Shown piece by piece: positions 28,310 to 36,810 of a stretch of 53,059 nt of DNA (position 1 is the first letter of the stretch; every line of letters begins with the position of its first letter). This stretch comes from Candidatus Doudnabacteria bacterium (GTDB taxonomy: Bacteria > Patescibacteriota > Doudnabacteria > UBA920): positions 1 through 53,059 of the forward strand of contig CAIVSE010000033.1 of the NCBI GenBank assembly GCA_903908535.1, in the 5' to 3' direction. Both the position numbers and the translations under genes were made by a program. The notes beneath the pieces were generated by a model. That model made no database searches. It was not told where the DNA came from and was given only the letters and a program-made list of their open reading frames with translations.

Positions 28310-28893
28310 TCTAAGTCATCCAAGGGGCGCCCTTGCAAACCCATTACAAACTGTAAGTATTTGAGGGGATCGTTATTGAATACATTTAAAATTATATTTT
28401 TATCACATAATGGATCGTCAATAAGGCCTAAAATTCCTTTAAGACTAGAATATTGATAGTTTACAGAGTCTTTTGGGTTTAGGTGAATATAGGCAGATAA
28501 ATTACTAAAATAACTGTCGGTGGTGACCAATTTGGCTTTAAACCTGTCCTGAAACACATGCCCTATATGATTATACTTTTTGTTAAAGTACATTGAATAG
28601 CTGGTGCAAAGTTTTAACACTAATTTGGATATTGGGATTTCCGCGTTTTGCCTAATAAAAAAATGGTAATGGTTAGTCATTAAACAGTAGCTGACTATAG
28701 TAAAGGAGCTTTTTGGCAACGGTTTGACTTTCAAGGGGCGCCCTAGGTAAGGGATATCCAAAATTATGTACAATCTTTTTAAAAAGTTGGAAAAATCTTG
28801 TTTATCCACAAAGATGTCTTGTTTATTATTACCCCTGTTGAAAACGTGATAAAATTGGCCCTTTTGAAGATTTTTGTTATCCCGGAATTGCAT
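28306..28893 (-). CDS. RAYT-like Y1 (HUH) tyrosine transposase
   Basis: YHVFNRGNNKQDIF, YCLMTNHYH (HUH), GHVFQDRF and YIHLNP..YSS. Confidence 0.88.
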   Translation of the reverse strand: MQFRDNKNLQKGQFYHVFNRGNNKQDIFVDKQDFSNFLKRLYIILDIPYLGRPLKVKPLPKSSFTIVSYCLMTNHYHFFIRQNAEIPISKLVLKLCTSYSMYFNKKYNHIGHVFQDRFKAKLVTTDSYFSNLSAYIHLNPKDSVNYQYSSLKGILGLIDDPLCDKNIILNVFNNDPLKYLQFVMGLQGRPLDDLD

Positions 28894-28983
28894 ATCTAAA
28901 TCATAACAAGAAGCAGATAACAAATAGATAACAAAAAGTTAACAGAAAGATAACAAAAGAGCACCCTTCTAGGGGCGCCCTTG
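28321..28983. repeat. Three REP-like palindromes c(a/t)AGGGGCGCCCT(t/a)g
   Basis: Copies at 28321-28335, 28732-28746 and 28969-28983. Confidence 0.8.
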
Positions 28984-28988
28984 TAAGC

Positions 28989-30842
28989 TTAGACCTCGAT
29001 GACTACCGGCAATACCATTGGCCGTCTTTCGGTCTTTTGGTACAGATATTCGCCAATTTCATCACGGATGACATTGCGGAGATAAGCCCAGTTGGGCTCC
29101 AGTTTTTCTTTACCCTTAGATTCAACCAGCTTCCGGACCTCGTGTTTAACCTCGCGAATTAGGTCATCATTACCCTTCATATAGATGAAACCGCGGGAAA
29201 TAATATCCGGCTGGTTCACCAGCTTGCCGCTGCGGCGGTCCAAAGTCATAATAATCACGAACATACCGTCCTGGGCCATAACCTGGCGGTCGCGGATAAC
29301 GACTTCACCCACGTCGCCAACGCCAAGACCATCTATAAAGACGTAGCCGGAGGCAATTTTGGCGTCTTCGGTAATTTTGGCTTCGCCGGCCGAGGTAATC
29401 TCCAGAATCTGGCCGTTGTCCAGCGAGAAAATCCGTTCCGGCGGAATGCCCATGGTCTGCGCCAGTTCGGCGTGGGTGACTATCATGTGGTGTTCGCCGT
29501 GGATAGGCATAAAGAACTTCGGTTTGACCAAGGCAATCATTAATTTTAATTCTTCCTGGTGCGCGTGGCCCGAGGTGTGGATGTCCAAAGTTTTGTTATA
29601 AATAACATGTGCCCCTAATCGGGTAAGATTCGACATGACTACGGCCACGGCGCGTTCATTGCCGGGAATGGGGGAGGCGCTGATAATGGCGGTATCACCC
29701 TTTTTAATTTTAATGGTTTTGTGGTCGCCGCGGGCAATGCGGGCCAAACCGGCGCCTTCTTCACCCTGCGAACCGGTGGTCAAGATGACAATCTGGCTGT
29801 CCGGATACTTTTTGGCCATCTCCGACTTAATAATTATTTTGGGCTGGATTTTAATGTAGCCTAAGGACAGCGCGATTTCTATATTGTTAACCATAGAACG
29901 TCCCGTAACAATAACTTTGCGGTTATATTTAGCCGCCGCGTTAAAGACCTGCTGGATGCGGGAAATGCTGGTGGAAAAGTTGGCAAAGACAATACGCCCT
30001 TTAATTTCGCTAAAAGTGCGCTCTATGGTGATGCCAATTTCGCGTTCACTGGCGCAGTAGCCGGGTTTAATGGCGTTGGTGGAGTCGGACATTAATAGCA
30101 GCACGCCTTCGGCGCCGAACTTGGCAATTTTATCAAATTCGGTGGGTTTGCCGTCCACCGGGGTGTGGTCGAATTTCCAGTCGGTGGCATAAACAATTTG
30201 CCCCACCGGCGTGGTAATGCACAGCCCCATACTGTCGGGAATGCTGTGGTTTAAGCGGAAAAAGCGAACTTTAAAGTTGCCCAAAGGCAACACGTCGTCT
30301 TTAGTTAAAACGTTAATTTTAGAGCGGCCCAAAAGACCAAACTCTTCCAAACGTTTTTTGATGAACCCGGCGGTTAAGGCCATGGTGTAAACCGGCGGGT
30401 CGCCGAGTTTGGGTAAAATATAAGGCACGGCGCCAATGTGGTCCAAATGGCCGTGGGTAATAATTACGCCGCGGATGCGCTTTTTATTGTCTTCCAGCCA
30501 TTTGGTGTCCGGAATAATATAGTCAATGCCGGGCATGGTGTCGTCCGGGAAGGCCAAACCCATGTCGATGATAATAATATCATCGCCATATTCAATGGCC
30601 GTCATGTTTTCCCCGACTTCTTCCACGCCGCCCATGGGGATAACGCGCAGGTTCTGGCGGGACGCCGTATAGCGGCTGGTCGCCAAAGGCACCGGCATTT
30701 TTTGCGGCTCGGCTATTGCCGCGGTAGTGGTGTTGGTGGCTTTATTGATTAAAGCCTCCAGGCGGTCTTCGGCCGCGCCCACAGGTTTTGGGGCCTGGGA
30801 CTTATTTTTACTATGGAACATATTTTTTCTCATCATGAGCAA
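28989..30842 (-). CDS. rnj: Ribonuclease J (start codon uncertain)
   Basis: PMGGVEEVGENM, THGHLDHIG, TGSQGE, HTSGHA, PIHGE and RRPMVLPVVIEV. Confidence 0.95.
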   Translation of the reverse strand: MLMMRKNMFHSKNKSQAPKPVGAAEDRLEALINKATNTTTAAIAEPQKMPVPLATSRYTASRQNLRVIPMGGVEEVGENMTAIEYGDDIIIIDMGLAFPDDTMPGIDYIIPDTKWLEDNKKRIRGVIITHGHLDHIGAVPYILPKLGDPPVYTMALTAGFIKKRLEEFGLLGRSKINVLTKDDVLPLGNFKVRFFRLNHSIPDSMGLCITTPVGQIVYATDWKFDHTPVDGKPTEFDKIAKFGAEGVLLLMSDSTNAIKPGYCASEREIGITIERTFSEIKGRIVFANFSTSISRIQQVFNAAAKYNRKVIVTGRSMVNNIEIALSLGYIKIQPKIIIKSEMAKKYPDSQIVILTTGSQGEEGAGLARIARGDHKTIKIKKGDTAIISASPIPGNERAVAVVMSNLTRLGAHVIYNKTLDIHTSGHAHQEELKLMIALVKPKFFMPIHGEHHMIVTHAELAQTMGIPPERIFSLDNGQILEITSAGEAKITEDAKIASGYVFIDGLGVGDVGEVVIRDRQVMAQDGMFVIIMTLDRRSGKLVNQPDIISRGFIYMKGNDDLIREVKHEVRKLVESKGKEKLEPNWAYLRNVIRDEIGEYLYQKTERRPMVLPVVIEV

Positions 30843-31147
30843 AAAACCTTTATAATTTAGGTTGCGCGCCTAAATAACTAAATTAATTAAGATATTAAAC
30901 ATCAGCGCTTCCCCAAGCACAGTGGGAAGTTAATGTTTCTACAATATGATGGCCTATACGGCCGATCAGATCGATTGCCAGCGCAAATTAACAAATGACA
31001 ACACAAAATAGGAGGATTTTTAAACTGTCATTTACTAATTTACCTTTTGTTTCTAAGGAATTTTAGAATCAGTACAGTCATTATAGCATAGGGGTGGAAT
31101 TCCGTCAAATTTGGATTTTTTATCCGTCATGTTATAATATGGTTACT

Positions 31148-31360
31148 ATGTATACAGCGGTTTATAAAAAATCAGGTAAATATTATTGTGGCTGGGTTTT
31201 AGAGGTACCCGGAGCAAACAGTCAAGCGACCACTAAAAAAGGGTTGGAAGCCAATTTAAAGGACGCTATAGAGTTGGTTTTGGAAGCCAGGGAAAAATAT
31301 TTACGTAAAGAACTGGGTACTGTTAAGATTTCCAAGTTGCCTTTAATATTGGCCAGTTAA
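31148..31360 (+). CDS. hicB: HicB-like antitoxin, short form without DNA-binding domain
   Basis: YTAVYKK..YCGWVLEVPGANSQ..T...NLKDAIELVLE. Confidence 0.82.
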   Translation: MYTAVYKKSGKYYCGWVLEVPGANSQATTKKGLEANLKDAIELVLEAREKYLRKELGTVKISKLPLILAS

Positions 31361-31368
31361 ATTCCTTT

Positions 31369-31563
31369 ATGAAGCGCAGGGATTTAATACGGTACATTTT
31401 GTCATTTGGATGTTTAGTAGGCCGGGAAGGTTCCAGACATACAGTTTTTATTAATCCCAATTCCGGTCAGGTGTCAACGGTCCCCAGGCATAATGAAATT
31501 AAAACTTTCTTAGGAAAAAAGATTTGCCAGGATTTAGGGATTCCGCTAATAAAGACAAAGTAA
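31369..31563 (+). CDS. hicA: HicA-like mRNA interferase toxin
   Basis: MKRRDLI...GC...REGSRHTVF..STVPRH.EI...ICQDLGI. Confidence 0.88.
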   Translation: MKRRDLIRYILSFGCLVGREGSRHTVFINPNSGQVSTVPRHNEIKTFLGKKICQDLGIPLIKTK

Positions 31564-31591
31564 AAATACTCATCTTTCAATGAGTATTTTT
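31562..31591. terminator. Bidirectional terminator, probably the original tRNA-Leu terminator
   Basis: aaaaatactca...tgagtattttt directly abuts the TGGTGC att core. Confidence 0.75.
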
Positions 31592-31664
31592 GGTGCAACC
31601 TGTTTGACGAAGTTGGAACCGTTTTAACCCAGAACTTGCTTTGATTTTGCCTATAAAATTACTG

Positions 31665-31934
31665 TCATTGGTTTTGCTGTGGGTTTAATGGCACCGCTTT
31701 GGCTACATTCTTAAATCTCCATTTGAAATAAAGGTAGCTGACCAAATAAGCAAAAATTGTATACCCAAAAAGTTCAATTAGGCTTTGCGCATCACGTGCG
31801 GCAACAACACTAAATAGGCATAAGACAAAGTTCGTAATTGTATAACCCGTTGTTATTTTTTTTGCATCTTCCGGCACAAAAATTTTATACAAAATCAGTA
31901 ATGCCCCCGCTAAGGATAATATATATAAAATCAA
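31665..31934 (-). CDS. Small membrane protein (element cargo; start uncertain)
   Basis: 89-aa ORF with three hydrophobic segments. Confidence 0.5.
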   Translation of the reverse strand: MILYILSLAGALLILYKIFVPEDAKKITTGYTITNFVLCLFSVVAARDAQSLIELFGYTIFAYLVSYLYFKWRFKNVAKAVPLNPQQNQ

Positions 31935-32024
31935 AGCAATTATAGCCTGTGAAGATAAGCCGCCTTGCGTTAAACTAGCCGGAAGAAGCGCGCCTAAGAT
32001 TACAAAAATGATAAACTGAATTAT

Positions 32025-32581
32025 AATGAAATAGATTTCTCCGCAGCTTGCTGCGGGGGCCCCTGCCCAGCTACAATAGGAGTATGAGTGAACCCATACG
32101 GAAACGACACAACGTCAATTGCCTGCTTTACCACCTGGTATGCCCTGCCAAGTACCGCAGAAAAGTGTTTTCCGAAGCCGTGGAGGCCACATTGAAGACC
32201 GTATGCTGTGATGCCATAGAATTTGGCTTTGAGATGCGCTTTGTGGAAATCGGGGCTGATGAAGACCATGTGCACTTCCTGATCCAGACTGTCCCGACAA
32301 TGCAGCCAAGCCGCATGGTCCAAATCATCAAAAGTATCACCGGACGCCAAATCTTCGAAAGACACCCGGAAGTCAAGAGAATGCTGTGGGGAGGGCAGTT
32401 TTGGACCAGCGGCTACTACATTAACACGGTAGGCCTCCACGGGAACGAGGAAACGATTAGGAAATACGTGGAAGGACAGGGAAAAGATTACAAATTAATA
32501 CACCGCGGACAGCTGACGTTGTTTGAAGGCCTGACATCCATCGGGCACTGATACCTCGCAGCTTGCTGCGGGGTGATTCAT
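32025..32581 (+). mobile_element. IS200-like insertion sequence (tnpA only; left boundary approximate)
   Basis: Subterminal hairpins cgcagcttgctgcg at 32042-32055 and 32557-32570; right end ...ggggtgaTTCAT. Confidence 0.8.
32084..32551 (+). CDS. tnpA: IS200/IS605 family Y1 transposase
   Basis: YHLVCPAKYRR, DEDHVHFL (HUH), IKSIT, FWTSGYY and IRKYVEGQ. Confidence 0.93.
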   Translation: MSEPIRKRHNVNCLLYHLVCPAKYRRKVFSEAVEATLKTVCCDAIEFGFEMRFVEIGADEDHVHFLIQTVPTMQPSRMVQIIKSITGRQIFERHPEVKRMLWGGQFWTSGYYINTVGLHGNEETIRKYVEGQGKDYKLIHRGQLTLFEGLTSIGH

Positions 32582-32682
32582 TAATAAGTATCATTTTCAG
32601 GCTAAATTTGTTTTGCATATTTTATGTTAATTTTTTTTTTGAATTTACAAACATCCTTTATTTTTTTAAAGTTTTTAACATG

Positions 32683-33063
32683 CTAATCACCCCACAACTT
32701 ATGGTGCGGGGAATTATCAGCAGCGCTTTCTGAATTAGCAGCCACTAGCGGGTTTGGTCCATATTCATTAGTACCATTAACCCCTTTTTGGGCTAGAAGC
32801 AAAATTCCCAAATAAAGACCATACAATGGCACTAATAATAACCAGAAATGCCAGCTACGCCTCCCTAGGTCATGAAGTCTTTTGACTGTGATAAAAGAGA
32901 ATAAAAAAGCTAAAAATATTTGGACTATAAAAATTAAAAACAAATTTGCATGAGAGTCATAGTTTTTCCAAGTATCCATAAATTCTAAAATAATGGAGAA
33001 CCCTATTGCTGCCCAGATATAGGGTGCGCGATTTATACGTCCTTGGTAATTCAAATATTTCAT
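32683..33063 (-). CDS. DUF805-type inner membrane protein
   Basis: GRINRAPY, TVKRLHDLGRRSW..LLLVP and GTNEYGPNP. Confidence 0.85.
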   Translation of the reverse strand: MKYLNYQGRINRAPYIWAAIGFSIILEFMDTWKNYDSHANLFLIFIVQIFLAFLFSFITVKRLHDLGRRSWHFWLLLVPLYGLYLGILLLAQKGVNGTNEYGPNPLVAANSESAADNSPHHKLWGD

Positions 33064-33221
33064 GGTTTTTGTTACTACTTATTTATGCCCCTATTATACC
33101 ATATCTGTAAAAAGCTGGCTTATTTTCTATGTTTTGGTGACCAACTTTATTAAATTGAGCCGTAATTGTTTCCTTTCATTTTTTGCCTTTTCATGCTAAA
33201 TTAAGTACATAAACAACAGCT

Positions 33222-33683
33222 ATGAAATACCTCAAAACCCTCAAAATCGAACTGGTAAAAGGCGAGTATAAAAACCCCATTAAAGGGCAGGTGAAGGAAC
33301 CGAGCCAGATTTATGATGTCTTTAAAAAGATTAAGGACAAGGCACAGGAAACCTTAATCGGGGTATATTTAGCTAACGATTTACAGGTAAATGCCTATGA
33401 CGTGTTGAGTTTAGGCTCGTCCACGGAAACCGATGTTTCCCCGGATGAAGTATTCAGCCGCGCTGTTATTACCCGCTCACCTTACATTATCCTTATCCAT
33501 AACCATCCGTCCGGCAACGCCAAACCGTCCCCGGATGACTTGAAAGTAATGAAATCGCTGCAAGCAGGAGCAAGAGCCCTTAAAAAGACCTTACTGGATT
33601 TTATTATTGTGGCCGACGAGAGTTATTGGAGCATGTTCGAAGAAATGGATGGCGGGGAGTACGCTTTGGGGCCAATTGAGTAA
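33222..33683 (+). CDS. RadC-like JAB domain protein
   Basis: QE...VSPDEVF...ILIHNHPSG..PSPDD...LLDFIIV. Confidence 0.88.
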   Translation: MKYLKTLKIELVKGEYKNPIKGQVKEPSQIYDVFKKIKDKAQETLIGVYLANDLQVNAYDVLSLGSSTETDVSPDEVFSRAVITRSPYIILIHNHPSGNAKPSPDDLKVMKSLQAGARALKKTLLDFIIVADESYWSMFEEMDGGEYALGPIE

Positions 33684-33917
33684 TTTTTAAAGTTATCCAC
33701 AAAATCCACAGGCCGTTCAATTTTTTACCCTGTGATATAATAAATTTACTTGCAAAACAAACAAATTTGTAACGAAACAAAAACAGCTAACGTCTTATAG
33801 GTTGGGGGAAGTAACCTTGACAAACGTTAAAAACCAGCTAAAATGTTAAGACATCCAAATTAATCAACAAAGCCGCAAACCCCTAATTTGTGGGGTTACC
33901 AGCGGCTTTAAATATAT

Positions 33918-34244
33918 ATGCCTACAAAATCCGCTTCCATTAGAGCCATTGAACTGACCAGGGCCGTGTTTGAATCTATACACGGTAATTTAGGGTTGTT
34001 AAAATTTTCCGTGGAAGAACTAATTCCGACAAATGGTAGTAATGGGGAAGAATCCAAAAAGTGGGACATTATTTGCAGTTTTTTTGAAACTCTGGGTAGC
34101 ACTTCACCCTCACGTTATAAGGCGTCTGTAAATTTAAACGATAATACCATTACGATTAAAAAATTAAGCGGCGAAGCAGCCGCGCCGGAACAAAAATTTA
34201 CCGTTAAACCCGTTGACGAAAATCCAAACCCCGAACCAAAATAA
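33918..34244 (+). CDS. Hypothetical protein, translationally coupled to the PIN-like gene
   Basis: 108-aa ORF whose stop abuts the next ATG (TAAATG). Confidence 0.7.
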   Translation: MPTKSASIRAIELTRAVFESIHGNLGLLKFSVEELIPTNGSNGEESKKWDIICSFFETLGSTSPSRYKASVNLNDNTITIKKLSGEAAAPEQKFTVKPVDENPNPEPK

Positions 34245-34796
34245 ATGTTTTTAAACTTAGCGGAGCACGAATACGATAGAGACATAACCCCATTCTTGAG
34301 AAATGGGGTTATTATTGATACGGTGGTAATTTTGGATATTATTTACGGATTGGTTGAGACGCGGATTAGCAGGAAAAAACTATCAGAATTGCCCGATTAC
34401 AAAAGGTTACTGGATTTTTTTGATCGGCTAAAATTGACCAACCAATGGAATAAGTTTTATATTACGCCCCACATTTTGACCGAGGTCTGTAGACATGTGC
34501 GGGACACTTATTGCAAGTGGCAGAACTACAAAGAAATTATAGCAACCGTTTTGCCGATTATGGAATATATGGGCGAAAAACAAATAAGTAAAAATGACTT
34601 TTTAAAGCGAATAGAACTAAAAAACCCCATTATTGAAGCCGGGGATATTTCAATTTACGTAAGCGCGGACGATTTGCTTAATAAAAAGCAAAAAGTTGCC
34701 ATTTTGTCCCGCGACCATGCCTTGAATAAGCAGTATCAGGATATTCCAAATGTTATGGTGATGGATTATCAGAGCATCATTTTAAATAGCCTTTAA
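34245..34796 (+). CDS. PIN-domain-like protein
   Basis: VIIDTVVI, ITPHILTEV, EAGDISI and ILSRD give the PIN acidic residue pattern. Confidence 0.6.
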   Translation: MFLNLAEHEYDRDITPFLRNGVIIDTVVILDIIYGLVETRISRKKLSELPDYKRLLDFFDRLKLTNQWNKFYITPHILTEVCRHVRDTYCKWQNYKEIIATVLPIMEYMGEKQISKNDFLKRIELKNPIIEAGDISIYVSADDLLNKKQKVAILSRDHALNKQYQDIPNVMVMDYQSIILNSL

Positions 34797-34928
34797 AGTT
34801 ATCCACTTTACAGGATTTTAATTATGGTGTAACTTGTAAATAAGTTCATTAACAAGGTAATACTTTTCCTCACCCGCAACCCTCACCATTTGCGTAAAGT
34901 AACAACACGCTCACTAAGGGTTTTTTTA

Positions 34929-35156
34929 ATGTCTAAATTCTCAAAAGAATTAATGGCGCGGTGCCAAAAGTATTTTGCCAGTAAATACCGCATTGAATTA
35001 ACCTCGGAACAAGCCGGGGTTTTTTTAGATTCTTTGGGAGACCTGTATTTACTGGTGGTAAACAAGGGGGATAGGCGGCGGGCCGGCAGCGCCAGCCCAA
35101 GCGGCGCGCCGGCCGCCGCCTGTGTCCCCGTTACACTTGATATAACTAATACTTAA
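34929..35156 (+). CDS. Small hypothetical protein upstream of the recombinase
   Basis: MSKFSKELMARCQKYFASKYRIELTSEQA..FLDSLGDLY, helical. Confidence 0.55.
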   Translation: MSKFSKELMARCQKYFASKYRIELTSEQAGVFLDSLGDLYLLVVNKGDRRRAGSASPSGAPAAACVPVTLDITNT

Positions 35157-35210
35157 GAAGAAAATAATTACAATTTAAAAACTTTTAGGTGTATAATGGT
35201 TTAAAAGTTT

Positions 35211-36731
35211 ATGAACAATTCTCCAAAAAACATTCTCTATCTGCGTAAGTCCAGTGAAGCCGAAGACCGGCAGGCTTTGTCTTTGGAATCACAGGCTAGT
35301 GAACTTAATGCTTTGGCCGTTAAGCTAAATATTAGCATTGACCAAACTTTTCAGGAAAGTAAATCTGCTAAAGCTATTGGCCGTCCGCAGTTTAACGAAA
35401 TGATAGCTTTTATTAAAGCCAATCCCTGTAGCAAAATTTTAGTATGGAAACTGGACCGGCTGGCCAGAAACTTTAGGGACGGCGGTGAAATTATTAGCCT
35501 ATTGCAGGAAAGTATTATCGCGGAAATAATTACTCCTTTTGGCAGCTACTACCCACATGATAACGTTTTAACTTTAGCTGTTGAGTTTGGCACGGCTAAT
35601 CAGTTTATAAGAAATTTGTCGGAAGACATTAAGCGCGGAAACAAAACCAAACTGGAAAAAGGGGAATTGCCCGGACCGGCGCCTTTGGGATATTTGGATA
35701 ATCCACTGACCAAATTAAAAACCATCGATCCCGTTAAAGGCAAATTTATCCAAAAGGCTTTTGAGTTATATTCGGATGGTACTTATTCCTTGAGAATGAT
35801 TAACAATTATTTATTTGAAAAAGGTTTTAAAACCAGAGGCGGCCTTAGCTTAAGCAAAGCCATGCTCCATAAAATTTTGCAGAACCCTTTTTATTACGGT
35901 ATGATGAGGCGGGCTGGCCAGCTGTACCCCGGCAAGCACGAAGCTTTAATCACAAAAGAATTATTTGATATTTGCCAAGACATCCTTTCCGGCAAGTCGC
36001 GCCCCCGAAAGCAAAAACATTTCTTCCCCCTTAGAGGTTTTATGACTTGCGCCAATTGTGGCTGCGCTTTAACTTCTGCCACCAAAAAAGGCCATGCTTA
36101 TTATTACTGCACAAACGGCAAGGGTAATTGTGAGCAGCATAAGACCTATTTACGAGACAAATTGGTGGACGGTTTAGTGGCTAATGTTTTAGGAGAAATT
36201 AAATTTGACGCGGAAGCTATTGAATTAGCTTATCTTGCGGCTAAAGAAATAATCCAAAGTCGTGGCAGTTTGAATCATTCCCAAAAATCTAAACTTAGCC
36301 AAGAGCTAAAAACTGCCCAAAGCAAACTCTACAACTTAGTGGACATTGTTTCCTCTGACCCAAGTATGAAAGAATCGCTGAAGCCTAAAATTTTATCTCT
36401 GGAGGCCGATGTAAAATCCATCCTTAACCAAATAGCCCGGTTTGAAGCAGCACCGCAACAAGACCCATTAATTACTTTGGAACTAACAAAAAAGACCTTT
36501 TTACAGGCCTGTTCTGCGTCTTTGGACTACTTAAATGCTGATGGTTTAAAACAATTTGAAATGCTAAAAAAGTTACTTTGGAACCTTAGCGTTAAAGACA
36601 AGAATGTGCAATGTTTTAAGCTCAAACAGCCCTATCAACTTATGGCCGAAGCGCCAAAAAACATGAATTTAGAACAATGGTGCCGCGGGAGGGACTTGAA
36701 CCCTCACGGCCTTGCGGCCATACGCACCTGA
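35211..36731 (+). CDS. Large serine recombinase (integrase)
   Basis: YLRKSS catalytic Ser, WKLDRLAR, APLGY, recombinase domain, zinc ribbon CANCG..YYYC, coiled coil. Confidence 0.93.
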   Translation: MNNSPKNILYLRKSSEAEDRQALSLESQASELNALAVKLNISIDQTFQESKSAKAIGRPQFNEMIAFIKANPCSKILVWKLDRLARNFRDGGEIISLLQESIIAEIITPFGSYYPHDNVLTLAVEFGTANQFIRNLSEDIKRGNKTKLEKGELPGPAPLGYLDNPLTKLKTIDPVKGKFIQKAFELYSDGTYSLRMINNYLFEKGFKTRGGLSLSKAMLHKILQNPFYYGMMRRAGQLYPGKHEALITKELFDICQDILSGKSRPRKQKHFFPLRGFMTCANCGCALTSATKKGHAYYYCTNGKGNCEQHKTYLRDKLVDGLVANVLGEIKFDAEAIELAYLAAKEIIQSRGSLNHSQKSKLSQELKTAQSKLYNLVDIVSSDPSMKESLKPKILSLEADVKSILNQIARFEAAPQQDPLITLELTKKTFLQACSASLDYLNADGLKQFEMLKKLLWNLSVKDKNVQCFKLKQPYQLMAEAPKNMNLEQWCRGRDLNPHGLAAIRT

Positions 36732-36764
36732 AGCGTACGTGTATGCCAATTCCACCACCGCGGC
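36678..36764 (-). tRNA. tRNA-Leu(CAG)
   Basis: gccgcgg acceptor, tacgc-ttCAGgt-gcgta anticodon arm, variable arm, GGTTCAAGTCC, CCA. Confidence 0.96.
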
Positions 36765-36810
36765 TTGTTCAAACTTTAAACTACCTTGGTTATTATAATC
36801 TATTTTTTGC

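Larger units (their letters stand above)
31591..36683. mobile_element. ~5.1-kb integrative element (large serine recombinase) in the tRNA-Leu 3' end
   Basis: TGGTGC direct repeat at 31591-31596 and 36678-36683; recombinase reads into the tRNA; accessory cargo genes. Confidence 0.82.

Noticed and set aside
31148..31563. hicBA as cargo of the integrative element
   Set aside because: It lies outside the left TGGTGC core, on the far side of the terminator, so it belongs to the pre-integration locus.
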